Shown: positions 41,073-54,810 of the stretch, one piece after another
Position numbering within the stretch: the stretch's first letter is position 1
Layout of the letters: each line of letters opens with the position of its first letter
Source: Octopus vulgaris
Lineage: Eukaryota
DNA length: 64,000 nt
Direction of reading: 5' to 3'
Assembly (NCBI GenBank): GCA_951406725.2
Contig: OX597815.1
Location: 124,000,001 to 124,064,000 of the forward strand
The notes under the pieces: generated by a model
What the model was told of the DNA's origin: nothing
Databases searched by the model: none
The model's input: only the letters and a program-made list of their open reading frames with translations
Translations under genes and position numbers: made by a program

Positions 41073-41136
41073 ATTAGCATTTTTTAACTTGACTTGTTTT
41101 TCCATATATATCAACTCGTGTGATCCTTTTCAACCT

Positions 41137-41197
<61 letters not shown>

Positions 41198-44100
41198 ACA
41201 CAAACCAAACGACGAATCCCAACTGTACTCACTAGAACATCCGAGTAGATGGAAATAAATTTGAAACAAAAAAAACATAATAAAGATATAAAACAAAGTT
41301 TCAAGTATTTTTCTGAATTTTGATATCAAATTGACTTTGATACAGTCAGCAGAATCTTTCAGTTGAAAAATTTATAAAAAGGAAAGAGCTAAATTGAATA
41401 TCAAGACATGCGCTCTGCTTCCCAATAATTAATCGTTTCAGCTCAAATGTTTATACCTTGTTTTTGTTTACATTATGATCTGAGTGGTTAACTTAAGAAA
41501 ACAATATGGTGGGTGTAACCATTTAACTCATTGATGTTATCTGCCAAAATTGACGCTGAAATTAGAATGATAGTTTATTTCCCCACATATCTGAATCCTT
41601 TTTATCGTTCTTTAGAGAGGAAAACATAAATAAAGCCTCGGAAGTTACATTTTCGTTCAGAATCGAAGAAATTTTCACAGAGTTATCAATTGTTTTATCA
41701 AGAGATTTATACTTGATGAGTGTAGTGTAAATATAATACGGTATCTGAAATGATTTCAAAATCCTTATGCTTTAAATAGATCATAAGTTATGCCTCAAAA
41801 CTGAAATTCCAGCGTCTCTGTGTTTTCATATTAACTGTTTTATTTGCATCTTTCACGCATATTTTTTTCTTTTTTATTAATAGGGTCTTTGTCACACCAG
41901 AATGGTCTGCGGCTAACAACACATTTCTTTGAATTCTTTGATTATTATTATTATTTTTTATTTGAAATGAGCAATCCCTCAGAAATATTATATTATTAAA
42001 CCAACTATGTAAGGAAATTCAATATTTTATCCTTTATTTTCATTTATGGACGCCCACTTACATATTTTTGCCCAACTTCTCATCTGAATTGCATATAGGT
42101 GTTTTTAAACGTTTATATAATAGACCAACAACGCCGTATTCTCTCAAAATAATTTTATTGTCAAGAAATAGAAAATAATTCTTAAAATATTGATTTCGTA
42201 TGCCTAGGCTATAATCCTATGTTTTGCAGAGTTTGTAAATATTCGATTGAATTGTCTCCTTAGTAAATTGCTGATATTATTTCATCAAATTTGAAGAATT
42301 AAAACAAGGTCAACCAATTATAAATTAGAACTCGGATACTTGAGGGCAAATTTTCAATACAAATGCAATATGTCTGCTGCTCTATATTCTGTGATATCAC
42401 CAAATGTTTCTTTTGAGTAGATACAATGATAATCCTTTTGAGAATGTAGTATGGTAAACTGAATTATATGTGTTACATGGCAGAAAGTAAAGCGACCGAC
42501 TTGATACCATAAAGTATCCAGTTAACACGGCTTAGTCGTCGCTCTTAAAATACTGATTTCTATATAAATTGTGGGAAAACAACTGAAAAATTATGCCACT
42601 GATACTTATTACCAGTATAGTCATAACTTAAGTGAAAAAACTCAAGTATTTTTCTAAATAAAATTGAAGGGAATTTACCTACTGTTTCTTTTTTAATTTA
42701 TTGTTTTTTTTTCCAACATTTTTCTCTCCCCGCATCATGAAAAAGAATAGCAGCACGGAGAAACAATGATAAATTTGTAAAAAGGATATTTGTAATTTTA
42801 GGATATACTTTATAAACTAAATCTTTTATACAGATTCCAGTTAAATTGTTTAATTGTTGAACAGAGCTTATTTGAAAAGTTCTGTAAATAGTGAACCAAA
42901 CGAAGGGATCACTATATTTTCCGCATTATTAATATGCAGTATTTAACATGTTGCTGTAAGCTTCAACGTTGGAAAACACAGACAACAACTGGTTGTTAAA
43001 AACCAGCTACTTCCTACTTTTTCCGAAATTTCTGATACTTTGTTACCGTAACTATCGTTTATATGTTTGCTTCTGCCATTGTATTATGCATATAACTTTA
43101 TACTGCAAAGTGCTTGTGTCATTTGCGTAAGTTTGCTAGACATATTTTTCATTCTCTTTGTAACGTCTTGGAGTGTAACACTATTTTTACAAATAGTCTA
43201 ATTGGCATTAACATACACTATATGTTGAGAAAATTTGAAAAATTGAAAGATTTTAAGAATTTGCTATTACGCAAGAAAGAATTGCTTTTAATAGCCATTG
43301 TTTACACTGTGAAATTGAAATTTAGAATATGCTATGGTATTTTATGAAGAGGCGACTGCAATCATATGAAGATATATTCAGTCGAAACATTCTCACCTAG
43401 TTGCAACTTTTATAAATCTCTTTATGAACTTTATATCAGATTGGTATTTATCTTACAAATATTTATCTGACTGCCTATCTATACAAGTATTGCAAATATG
43501 CAAAGAATTCATGACATTGATTATGGCGAAAATTTTGAAGAACTGCATCTTTCATAATTATTGATAATTATCTGTGAGTCTACACTAATTTTCGTGGATA
43601 TAATACGCTCATTCACAGGGATAAGAAAGAACATATGAAAAGAAAAAAAAAAGACATTGAGAGACATTCTACTTCTTATTTGAAATAACTGTAGCATGCG
43701 ATATTTATAAACGAAATTGTAATATTTAAAGTATTCAGTGTTATATTCCTTTTACAAGTCTTAATAACTTATTTTCTTCTATTGCAAATGTTTTAACTTT
43801 ACACAACGCAGACCAGTTCCAGACTTGTAGCCAACTGCTGAAAGCTTTTATCTACAAGAATATCTGACAGCTAACAGATCGCAGCCTGGTATTTGTAAAA
43901 ACAAAGCTTAGGCATTAATCAGTTATTTCCCCAACCCCACTGCTGCATGTGTGGCTCGGGGCAACCGTTTACTGCAGCAGTTTCTCTCTAATTACTTGTA
44001 TTTCATAGACCCTTGCCAGCCGAAGCTGAGAAGCTGCATTTGCTTTCGACAAGAGAAGCTGAATATTGCTTTACATTCGGTCGCTATACTATTCACGACA

Positions 44101-44244
44101 TTCCTTGTAACGACTACAAAAAATTTGAGAATCAATGTCTTACATAAGATAATTTAAATACATATTTTCATTATTTACTGCCAATATAAAAAAATACGTA
44201 TATTATATTTGAATACACCATAGAAGAAAACGAAAATTAATTCG

Positions 44245-44625
44245 ATGGTCGAGAAGCATGCATTGCAACACATGGTTTCACGCTTAGACCCCCTGCGCGG
44301 CACTCTTGACAAATGTCTTCCACTATAGACCCCGGTCGGCTTATGCTTCGTAAGAGAATCTGATCGATAGAAACTGTGTGGAAGCCCGTCGTGTGTGTAT
44401 GTGTGTGAATGTGTACGTAAGTGAGAATATGTGTATGTGTGCGTGCTTGTGTGTGTGTTTATCTCTTAGCGCTTGACAACCGGTATTGGTTTGTTAACGA
44501 CCCCGTAACTTAGCGGTTCAGCATAAAAACCGATAGATTAGGTATTAGACTTAAAATAAGTATTGGGGTCGATTCATTCGACGCAAACCCATCAAGGAGG
44601 CGTTCCAGCACGGCCGAAGTCCAGT
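44245..44625 (+). mobile_element. SINE family A, diverged near full-length copy
   Basis: Same order as 50615: head, GAAGCCCGTCG, (TG)n, GCTTGACAACCG, CCCGTAACTTAGCGGTTC, GGGGTCGATT, CCAGCACGGCCG. Confidence 0.8.
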
Positions 44626-45762
44626 GACTGCAATAAGTAAAGTGAAATGATCCATTCGGCTACATGATTAGCACATTAACATTATACTTCTGGAGAGACA
44701 TAACAAAAATTCATAGTAATTATTAAAAATAATTATTAATTTAAAACTTTACGAAGGATTGACCTGATCGGTAGAGTGTCAGACACAGTGTCTTGCTATA
44801 TTCCTTTACAGCCTTTTATCTTCTGAATTTATTCCCACCGGGGCCAACTTTGTCCCACAACCTTCATGGATCGATAATATAGTGCTGATATCAGTATGAT
44901 CAGTTATACCGCGCTCATAAAATTTGAAACCTTGTACCAATGTTAAGAATTAGTGTTAATCTAAAATATCCGAACATATTTTAAATGAGTAATCTTTACG
45001 AGCAACAACAACAATGACAAAAACAACAAAATCAACATTTACCAGAGAGCTACATCTACATCTACTTAAAATAAATGCTTCAAACATTAAGTATGCAGAT
45101 ATTGGGACAGTTAATGCATAACGATATTAAAGATCTTTCAAACTATACTATATAGCTACACGCAACCTAACACTAATCTACATCATATTATCTTGGTGGA
45201 TAGCCAGGCAGATAACGTATGACAGAACTAACTTAAGAGTCGGTGATTTGTTACCCGTCCCCCGGAGTTGTGTTGTATTCATGACCAAAGCACAACAATC
45301 AAAAATGGTGCAGCCCGCTTGCATGTTTAGCAATGTATGATAGAGGTAAAGCATAGCGCTTTAAGCATCGGAATTACTTTATAACACAGAAGCTTTAGAT
45401 TACTTTGAAATTCCACATATAACTTATAAACATCGGTCTCCACCAGACTGACTTTCATTAGGTGTTCCATATCCAGTGATTTCTACTATTCACTTTTTCT
45501 TTTAAACCGAAGATGAACAACTTGAAATCAATTATGAGCTCCTGATGTGAGCCAAGCTCATAACAGTTGATCTTCTGTAGAAGCTACATAACGCTTCACG
45601 TTGGCAATGCCTTTGAAATAGACATGAATGTGCAGACTTCTATTCCTCTGTCTACTTTAGTCTATCAGGTTAATCTTAATATACATCGACGCATACATTA
45701 CAAAAGTGAAGTAATTGATATGACATTTCTCTTGTTTCGTGCACTTCAAATCTTGCATTAAA

Positions 45763-45906
45763 TATTGGTTTCAATTTTTCAAAATTTCAAATTTCAGAGT
45801 ATGGGGTAAGTCAATTTCAACTGGTACTTATTTTATCGATCCCGAAAGGATGAAAAGCAAAGTTGACCTCTGTGGAATTTGAACTCAGAACGTAAAGACG
45901 GACGAA
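45763..45906 (-). mobile_element. SINE family B fragment
   Basis: CAACTGGTACTTATTTTATCGATCCCGAAAGGATGAAAAGCAAAGTTGACCTC...GAACTCAGAACGTAAAGACGGACGAAA. Confidence 0.8.
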
Positions 45907-47250
45907 AAATAGTTTTACTCCTTCTGTGCATACAATTTCACACCAAACATTAACTGATACAAGTTTGAACTTGCTGGAGATAACTGAATAATTGATCAAA
46001 TATTAAAATAGGAAACTGTAATAAAGAATGTTACACAACAAGAATTAAGCTTCAACAGAGCCGAATCCTCAAGCAGTTTTATCGGTTTCAATATTTGGCT
46101 AAAGCCATTTCATCACACTTTAACTGCTAAAGATGTTGTGAACGTTACATAATATCATTTCTCCTAAATATATAAAAGTGACATTGTGACTGAATCAAGA
46201 AATCAATTGTAGAGAAAGCTTCTGTAATTTTCATGATCAATGATACTCCTCACACAAAACCTGTGGCCTGTTAGAAATCAGTATGGTGGTGGTGGGGGGG
46301 AGCAGTTGGCAAAATGGTATGAGCGTCGGACGAAATATCCTGTTGTATAAGTATATTCGAATTTTAAATCCAGTCGATGTCAGCATTGCCTTTCATTCTT
46401 CTAGTATCGATATAATGAAGTTCCAAAATACTAGTGGGATCAAAATAATCGGCGAATACTATTTCCTGAAAAATTGAAGAACCATGTTAAGAATCAATGT
46501 TAATTGAAAGTATCTGGACATATTTTAAGTGGGAGGACTTCACGAGCTAAGTTTTCTTTTCTTTTGTATTCTTCCTTTCTACTGTACCCAGTTGATAAAA
46601 GGTAGCTAGTCCTATCCTATCAACTAATGCAAACACATACTGAATGATGTGAGGCAGGATAATAAAGCTGCAGGTTGAAGATTGCTAAGTTCTACAATGA
46701 ATTTTCTGTTAAATGAAGCGAGATGTCAGAGAAAAACATGATTTCTTTGATGACCGGAAATTATTTTTTGTTACTTCAAGCATAAATTGCTACTCCGTTA
46801 GACACATTTCTTTTTGGCTAAAACTATAAACATAATGGCATTAATTCAATTAACCTCATTCTTAGACCCGTTTACCTGAATATTTCTTGGAACCAATAAG
46901 GTATTTAGGAAATGCATAAAATTACTTATAACATGTTAACAGATGTAAACAGAAAAAAAGTAAGCACGCACGCACGTACACACACACATACACACACACA
47001 TACATATTTAAATTTCCATTGAACCTTTTATCTTACCGCTGGCACCCGAAGAAAAAGGAAAAAGAACGGAAAAAAAGAAAAGAGAGGAAAAGCAACCCCA
47101 TCCCAGAACTGATATCTTGGAGAGGTCACCATCCTTGACCTCATTTCAATAGAATGGTAAATGACTAAATAAATAAATGAGTGGAAGTCAAAATTGAAGG
47201 GGGGGGGCTTCCACCCCTTCTCTCTACCTATCTATCTGTCCGTCTGTCTG

Positions 47251-47283
<33 letters not shown>

Positions 47284-47294
47284 CCATCTATCTA

Positions 47295-48732
47295 ACTGTG
47301 GGGCCCTGATCAATTTGGATCAATCGAAAGCTTTCGATAGGGTAGACCATCGATACTTGGAGGCTGTCCTCAGAGCGGCTGGTTTCGGTCCCGTGTTCCG
47401 CGATTGGATAGCTGCTTTGTACAGAGGTATCCGTTCGGTAATTCGCGTAAATGTACATCTATCGAGACCTTTCGACATTGCACGTTCGGTCCGTCAGGGA
47501 TGCCCCCTCTCGAGCCATAACTGCGGAAGCTGGCGACTCTGAACGGCATCCCGTTCAGAATGGGATGCGGGGCGAGCGTGTCTGCATACGCGGCCGACAT
47601 CACCGTCACAGTGTCTAGCCACGAGTACATCGAGCTGGTCGGCGAGACACTGAAAGACTACGAAGCGGTGACAGGAGCGAAAATGAACCGGGAAAAGTTA
47701 GTGGGCTTGCGGTTCGGCACCTGTAGAAGCAAGCCCATGCCGTCCGCTAGCGCCTCCGTCGTGGGACACTGAACCGACGGTCCGGTCGAGTTGCTCGGGG
47801 TTTGATCCAGACCTCCAAATGGAGAACTGGAACGAGATAACAAGTAGGGTGGTCACTCTCGCCCGACAATGGGCCGAGAGGAAACTGTCCCTAACAGGTC
47901 GGGCGGAGGTGGCGAACACGTACATCACGTCCGTCATCTACTACCACCTGACTGTCGTGTCTTGTTCCGACCCTACCATCACCAAACTAGAACGCATTCT
48001 CTTCAGCTTCTTGTGGAATGATGCCCCCCGATGGTCAGGCGATCCATTTGCTGTCAACACCCGTTAAAAGGAGGACTGGGCATGCCGTGGTTGATGATGC
48101 GCAGACACGCGCTGAGGCTGCGACATCTCCGGCTCTACGACGGTGAACAGATGTGGTCGCCGTTTGTGAAACACGCTTTCCCGCAGCTCGTCTCCATGAC
48201 CGAACAGCAGTCGTGGATCAAAAAGAGGCCGAAGAAGAGCAAATGGTACCGCGAGTGTCGCGTTGCTCTCAAGCAACAATGCCGTCCCGGGTCGACCTTG
48301 AGCGACTTCAACACAGCATTCTATAGGAGATTAGTGGTGAATGTAGCAAGGATGGCACGTATGAATGACGAAGCCACCTTGAGCATAATTCTATGAACCC
48401 GGAAAAATTTAAAACAGTGAGTTACTTACTTGCAAATAAATGTGTTAACATGTGACATTATTGACCAAGGTTACCGTGGTCTTTTCCGTAGGCTTTTCTT
48501 TCCACAGATAAACCTTATCTACTTCCCTCTTTACACTTTACATCATGATATTTCTGTGATACACGATCCCTATTGATCGTTTTTCCCCTCTCTTTTTACG
48601 ATCCCTTTTGATCGAAAACCTACCTCACTTTTTCTTTTTTATTTTTCTTTTCTTTTTTTCTCCCCAAAAAGAAAAGCTCTACTTTGTAATTTGTCTCCTC
48701 TGTACTCAGCCCTGTGTGACTAATAAATAAAC
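47295..48732 (+). mobile_element. Tx1/L1-clade LINE, 5'-truncated RT fragment plus 3' UTR, between (CTAT)n tracts
   Basis: LINLDQSKAFDRVDH..GFG..WIAALY..SVRQGCPLS; SAYAADITV (YADD variant); LSLTGR..VANTYI; KGGLGMP. GC-rich island; T-rich 3' UTR ending AATAAATAAAC. Confidence 0.88.
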
Positions 48733-48733
48733 A

Positions 48734-48824
<91 letters not shown>

Positions 48825-48838
48825 ATATCTATCTATCT
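48734..48838. repeat. (CTAT)n microsatellite
   Basis: Directly visible. Confidence 0.95.
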
Positions 48839-49078
48839 AGCTCCATTGTTCTGGAATCTCCCCCTTCCCACCAAAAAAAATTATGTTCTCCTCTAAACAA
48901 ACAAAAAATCTGTTTTATATAAAGAAACAACGTGTTTGTACATTCACAAAAAAAAATTTATTTGGCAAGTTTGAAATTCGATCGAAAGCACTAATAATGA
49001 CTAAATAAATTCTTTTTCTAAAATTCTGGCGACCTCCTCTTTTCTCAATATTCAGTATCTGTACACCACTTCTAATAC

Positions 49079-49128
<50 letters not shown>

Positions 49129-50614
49129 TGTGTGTTTGTGTATGTGTGTGTATACATACATACATACATATATGTATATGTATCTTTATCTCTCTCCGTC
49201 TCTCTCTTCATCTGGCTATATGTATGTAAGTGTATGTATGTTTGTATGCATGTTCGTATAGGTAGATAGACAGCTAGTGAACTAAATAGATTGATAGATG
49301 AGTGGCGAGAAATGTAGATGTATTTTTCCATCTGCCACTTTGGGAGAGGCTAGGTGACACCATTCTTTCCTAAACATAGAAAGTGGGGAAATTATTGTCT
49401 TGGAAGTAAGGTGTTCAGCGAGAACCCCAACTTATAGAGCAACGTATAGGTTTTTTTACATCCAAGTGTACACGAATGAGTGAAATATAATAATACACAC
49501 TTATAATTCAATCAACACTGCTGGTGCACTTCTAGTTTCCCTCTTTCTCTGTCTGTCAATCTGTCTGTCTGTCCGTCCGTCCACCTGTCTGTCTGTCTAT
49601 TTATGTATATATATCTTAATGTAAGAGTTGTGAAGCGTATTATAGAAATATATTTTACATAGTGCAAACATTATCTAATATAGAACTCGATACGCTAAGT
49701 GGATAGATATGTTTGAAACATCAAAAGTTTACGGTCATTTTTGAGTTTCGCTCTCACGCACGCGCACGCACACTCACACACACACATATATATATACACA
49801 CATATATGTGTGTGTGTGTAGTGTGTGTGTGTTTGTGTGTGTGAGTGTACATGTGTAGTGTGTGTGTGAGTGTGTGTGTGTGTGTGTGTATGTGCATTTG
49901 TGTGTGTTTTTGTGTGTGTTGGGAGGTGTTCGGAAGTAGAAGAAAGATCGAGAATCTGAATTGTTAACAAAAAGAATAAGGGAAGAGGGTAAGTCGAGAG
50001 GGACAGAGAGAAACAGAAAGAAGGGTGGAGTGAATACAGTGAGACAAAGCGAGTTGCGAGATAAAAAAAAAGCGAGGAGCCCTTTGGAACCTTAGTAATG
50101 CGATTTTCGTGAATGTTTGAAAGGATGTTGTAAACTAATTACTTGGACATATGTTGCCATTTGTATGTTTTAAGAAGTTTTATTGGTGTCAAAGATCATA
50201 ACATGCCTGGCTTTAATAATACTGACACCATCCCAGAGGAAATAAATCACCGAATGTGTGAAGGAAATTCAAATGTTCCGCTATCAGATTCGAACAGAGA
50301 TACCAGTTTAGATCCTCAGTTTAACTGTGTGATAATAAACAACTCAAATCGACGTCTTTGCAACGTGCATATAGAGTCGTTTGAGCGTCAGGCTTGATAA
50401 ACAATCCTTAGAGTTTGATAAAATACCAGACAAATACTGAGTCTTATGTATCGTACAAACTCTTCCCGCCGAAGCTGCTGGCTTTGTGCCTAAACAAAAG
50501 GCAATTCTTTTTATTTAAATATTTACATAATTGCAGTTTTTCTTCATTCTCTCAGTAGCTTACTAGAAAAACAGACTAATTCTTCTTGTATGTTAGTCGA
50601 AAATATATGCTATA

Positions 50615-50783
50615 GACGCAGGAGTGGCTGTGTGGTAAGTAGCGTGCTTACCAACCACATGGTTCCGGGTTCAGTCCCACTGCGTGGCACCTTGGGCAAG
50701 TGTCTTCTACTATAGCCTCGGGCTGACCAAAGCCTTGTGAGTGGATTTGGTAGACGGAAACTGAAAGAAGCCTGTCGTATATG

Positions 50784-50814
<31 letters not shown>

Positions 50815-51031
50815 TTGTGTGTCTGTTTGTCCTCCCAAAATTGCTTGACAACCGATGCTGTTGTATTTACGTCCCCGTAACTTAGCGGTTCGGCAAAAGA
50901 GACCGATAGAACAAGTACTAGGCTTACAAAGAATAAGTCTCGGGGTCGATTTGCTCGACTAAAGGCGGTGCTCCAGCATGGCCGCAGTCAAAATGACTGA
51001 AACAAGTAAAAGAGTAAAGAGTAAAAAGAGA
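50615..51031 (+). mobile_element. SINE family A, full length
   Basis: tRNA-like head with A/B-box-like motifs (TGGCTGTGTGG, GGTTCAGTCCC), CCTTGGGCAAGT core-like motif, internal (TA)/(TG) tract and GAGTAAA-repeat tail. Resembles octopus SINEs from memory. Confidence 0.92.
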
Positions 51032-51542
51032 GTATCGAGAAAGGAGTTTACATATACTACACTAATTGTCATACGTATGTAAATATATTATATTGAACCT
51101 CCGTTATTCGGCGATAAAGATTCAAGCGAACAACCTGTTCGATTGAGACCAATAGGTGCTACAAGATTCCCTTTAATGCTATGTAAATATATTGTGAGAA
51201 GAGCAAACTCATGGATTATTGAAACGAGATAACTGGATGATATTCGCGTAGGATAATATTCCTTGCAAATTAGATTGGTGAATTTTGAACAAAAGTATGT
51301 TTTCATCTGAATTCCTAATGTCATCTACATTTTCTCTCTAAGTTTAAATTCGGTTGATTTCCATTTTAGCTTTTTGTCTCAAATATTACTCAACTATTCA
51401 CGCAAAATTTTACTTCTGTGAAATACTGAAATTATTCAACCTGAGTGAGAAATGGATAGGTTGATTGATTTCAAATCCACTGTTATTTTTTTCTTCGTTT
51501 TGTATAATCTTCGTGTTATCTCATTATACATGTATTAACTTA

Positions 51543-51705
51543 GAGCAGTGAGCTGGCAGAAACGTTACCACGACGGCCAAAATGCTTAGAGTCTGTTCAA
51601 ATTTCCCCGATTACGGCTTTCATCCTTTTGGGGTCTATGAACTGATGTCGATATAATCGACTGTTCCCTCCCTCATAATTTCGGACTCCCAATCTCTAGT
51701 AGAAG
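51543..51705 (+). mobile_element. SINE family B, diverged
   Basis: GAGCTGGCAGAAACGTTA...AAATGCTTAG...GCTTTCATCCTTTTGGGGTC. Confidence 0.7.
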
Positions 51706-51955
51706 GGTTATATATGTGCCAATCTGTATGATGCTCTCCTTTATTCAGTTTGATTGACATGGATATATAAATTTCGCGATTGAGAAAAAACATCAATCAA
51801 GTTGTAAGTAAACATTTAGTGAAAATTCATCAAGCTGGAATGACAATAATGTTTTATGTTCAAATGAAAAGGACGTCATTATTCCGTTTTTTCCCACCAA
51901 TTGGTATGTGACTGCTTTATTGCATTTCCAATCGAAACAAAGGAGTGCCTGTGCA

Positions 51956-51986
<31 letters not shown>

Positions 51987-52179
51987 TGTATGTATGTATG
52001 TATGTATGTATGTATGTATGTATGTATGTATGTATGTATGTATTATGTATGTATGGATGGATGGGTGTATGAATGGTGATACAAACAGGAAAAATAGAAC
52101 TCAAAATAGTATATGTATATTTTATTAATATTTAGCAGAAGTAGCAAACGCACGAAACTCTCGTAGTCTGTTACTTTTG

Positions 52180-52240
<61 letters not shown>

Positions 52241-52242
<2 letters not shown>

Positions 52243-52680
52243 CTCTTTACTCTTTTACTTGTTTCAGTCATTTGACTGCGGCCATGCTGGAGCACCGCCT
52301 TTTATATATATATATATATATCAAGAGAGAGAGAAAATGAGAAATGCAGGTATGGCTGTGTGGTAAAAAGCTTGCTTCCCAACCAACTGGTTCTGGGTTC
52401 AGTCCCACTGCGTGATACCTTGGGCCGACCAAAGCCTTGTGGGTGGATTTGGCTGATAGAAACTGAAAGAAGTGCGCGCGCGCGCATGTGTGCGTGAATG
52501 TGTGTATGTGTGTGTGTCTTTTGGTTTGTGTTTGTCCCACCACCACTACTTAACAACCGTTGCTGGTGTGCTTGCGTCCCCGTAACTTAGTGGTTCGGCA
52601 AAAGAGACCGATAGAATATGTACCAAGCTGGGGGTCGATTCATTCGACTAAAATTTCAACGCAGTCTCATGACTCAAACA
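52241..52680. mobile_element. SINE family A: minus-strand tail (52241-52300) and plus-strand copy (52345-52680)
   Basis: Both segments match parts of the 50615 copy. Confidence 0.82.
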
Positions 52681-52689
52681 GGAGGAGGA

Positions 52690-52977
52690 GGAGCCCCCCT
52701 TCGGTCATGAATGACTATGGGATTGCACCTAGAAAGTTAACCTCCGAGGCACAAGTCCGGGCAAGGTTGTTTTGTGGAAGGCCAGTAGTTGCCCATGCAT
52801 ACCAGTCTTCCCTCTGATGTTATACAAGGGGAAGGCAAAGGCCGATACAGCTTGGCACCATTGATATCGCAACTAATTTCTACAGTGAAATAAAATGTCT
52901 TGCTTAAGAACATAACACGCAGCCCGGTCCGGGAATCGTAACCTCGACGCTCTAACCAATGAGCCATGCGCCTTCAC
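52690..52977 (-). mobile_element. tRNA-derived SINE family C with hairpin 3' tail
   Basis: Minus head GTGAAGGCGCATGGCTCATTGGTTAGAGCGTCG...GATTCCCGGACCGGG; tail GTCATTCATGACCGAAGGGGG. Confidence 0.78.
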
Positions 52978-53141
52978 AATTTATAAATATACTCCCAGAC
53001 AGAAGATAAACAGTTTTTACTTCAAAGATTTTTACTGATATTTGATAAGATGAGATACATTGAAACCGGAAATATTTTCTTTATACAACTTTTAAAATCA
53101 TTTTTATTAAATTCTCTCTTAAACTGAAATGTTTTTGACTT

Positions 53142-53336
53142 CTGTGCTATTTGCACCTATGATATCACAGGCAATAAAAAAACAAGATATATATTCGTGT
53201 GTGTGTATGTGTGCTTGTATGTGTATGTGTGTGTGTGTGTGTGTGATTCCGACTGTTTGGGGAGGAGCACCATGCATGTTTATAATGACATGCATAAAGA
53301 TTATGCAAAAATGTAAACGTGACTCAAACAAGAAAA

Positions 53337-53377
<41 letters not shown>

Positions 53378-54651
53378 TCACACACATGTCATGAGCTTCT
53401 ACATAGTTACTACCAATCAAATTTTACTTACAAATTTCAAATTTCACTATAGTACAAAATATATAGCCAAAATGCCGCATTATGTGTTAGAACCCTGAAC
53501 CATATCACTGTGAAACAAATCTTCTTTATTTTGCGGACGTGGATTTTATGTCAAGACAACTCTATATGGTTTGGCATCTTTGGCAGTCGTCAATACATAT
53601 GATGAACCGCATCTGGTCCTTGAAAGGGATGTGTATCTACAAGATTAAACAATATTATAACACTCAGCTTGGTTTGATTAAAAAAAGAATCTACTTTGTA
53701 GTATTACTATGTTAGTCATATGAAAATGCGATTAAAATATAACAAAAATAATTAGAAGTTGATATTTAGGATTTATAAATGTATTGAAATTACTGAAAAA
53801 CATAGTGGTGCTTGAGTAATTCTTCGGTTTTGATGATGTTAAGTGTTATTAGATTGTCGGTACTTAGTACAGTGTGACTCTTTATCAAAAGGATTTGTTG
53901 ACACGTCTTAAGAGATACAATCTCACAACATGAGTGCTATGCATTATACAAAAAGCTATTACTGCTTGGTATTCTTAAAATATATATAAAAAAAGTAAAG
54001 CTAACTCGTGATTTTCTTTCAGTGTGAAAATGAATGTCATTAGACAAAATTTAAACCATGGAAATCCGAGATTGGTTTGAAAAACTTACAAAGCTGTAAC
54101 ATATACAGCTGAATATTAAAGTATTAACATCAATGTCTATGAAATATAATATATCATAGTACACCTAACTCCATTGAGTTGCGTGTTCTTATGATTCTAC
54201 TTAGTTAAAAGGATAAAGTGTTCAAAATTTTTTTAACATTTCGCTAATTAACTGATAATCTTTCTGTGCAATTTTTTTAACATTTCACTAATTAACTTAT
54301 AATCTCTCTCTTCAAACAGTTCAGTAATTCAGGCATAAAATGAGAGAAAACTAAATCGAGTAATGTCCAGGTTTTTTTCTGATTATTTTGTGTCATTTGT
54401 TACATTTCACTGAAAAATCAAACGGAAATTAAGCCCGAAATTAAAAAAAAAACTCAAACATTGAAATACTTTCTGCTTTCAATTGAATCTTATATATTAT
54501 TTCAATCTAAAAACCTCAACAGAGATAGAAGCGAAAAGGTGGAGTAAATATGGTAACTAACCAGCCATAACGCCGTAGTCTTTACGTTTTTGCATAATCT
54601 TTATGCATGTCATTATAAATCTGCATGGTGCTCCTCTCCAAGCAGTCGGAA

Positions 54652-54709
<58 letters not shown>

Positions 54710-54810
54710 ACATACACATATACACGCACACACATACACACACACACACAAATATATATATATCTTGATTTTTTTTATTGCTTGTGATATCATAGGTGGA
54801 AATAGCACAG
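53142..54810. repeat. Inverted repeat pair (53142-53317 and 54582-54810), each arm with an internal (TG)n
   Basis: CTGTGCTATTTGCACCTATGATATCACAGGCAAT...(TG)n ATTCCGACTG...GCATAAAGATTATGCAAAAA recurs in reverse complement about 1.26 kb away. Confidence 0.9.

Noticed and set aside
50615-50690. tRNA-like sequences at SINE heads (also 36912, 52977, 60719)
   Set aside because: No complete cloverleaf, and each continues into a SINE body; not tRNA genes.
52241-52680. SINE A tail inverted ahead of a SINE A body as a twin-priming product
   Set aside because: The plus copy keeps its own partly deleted tail (CGCAGTC..ATGACTCAAACA), so two independent insertions is simpler.
52690-52770. Twister- or HDV-like fold in the SINE C tail
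   Set aside because: I could not build the required pseudoknots on either strand; better explained as a LINE-derived 3' hairpin.
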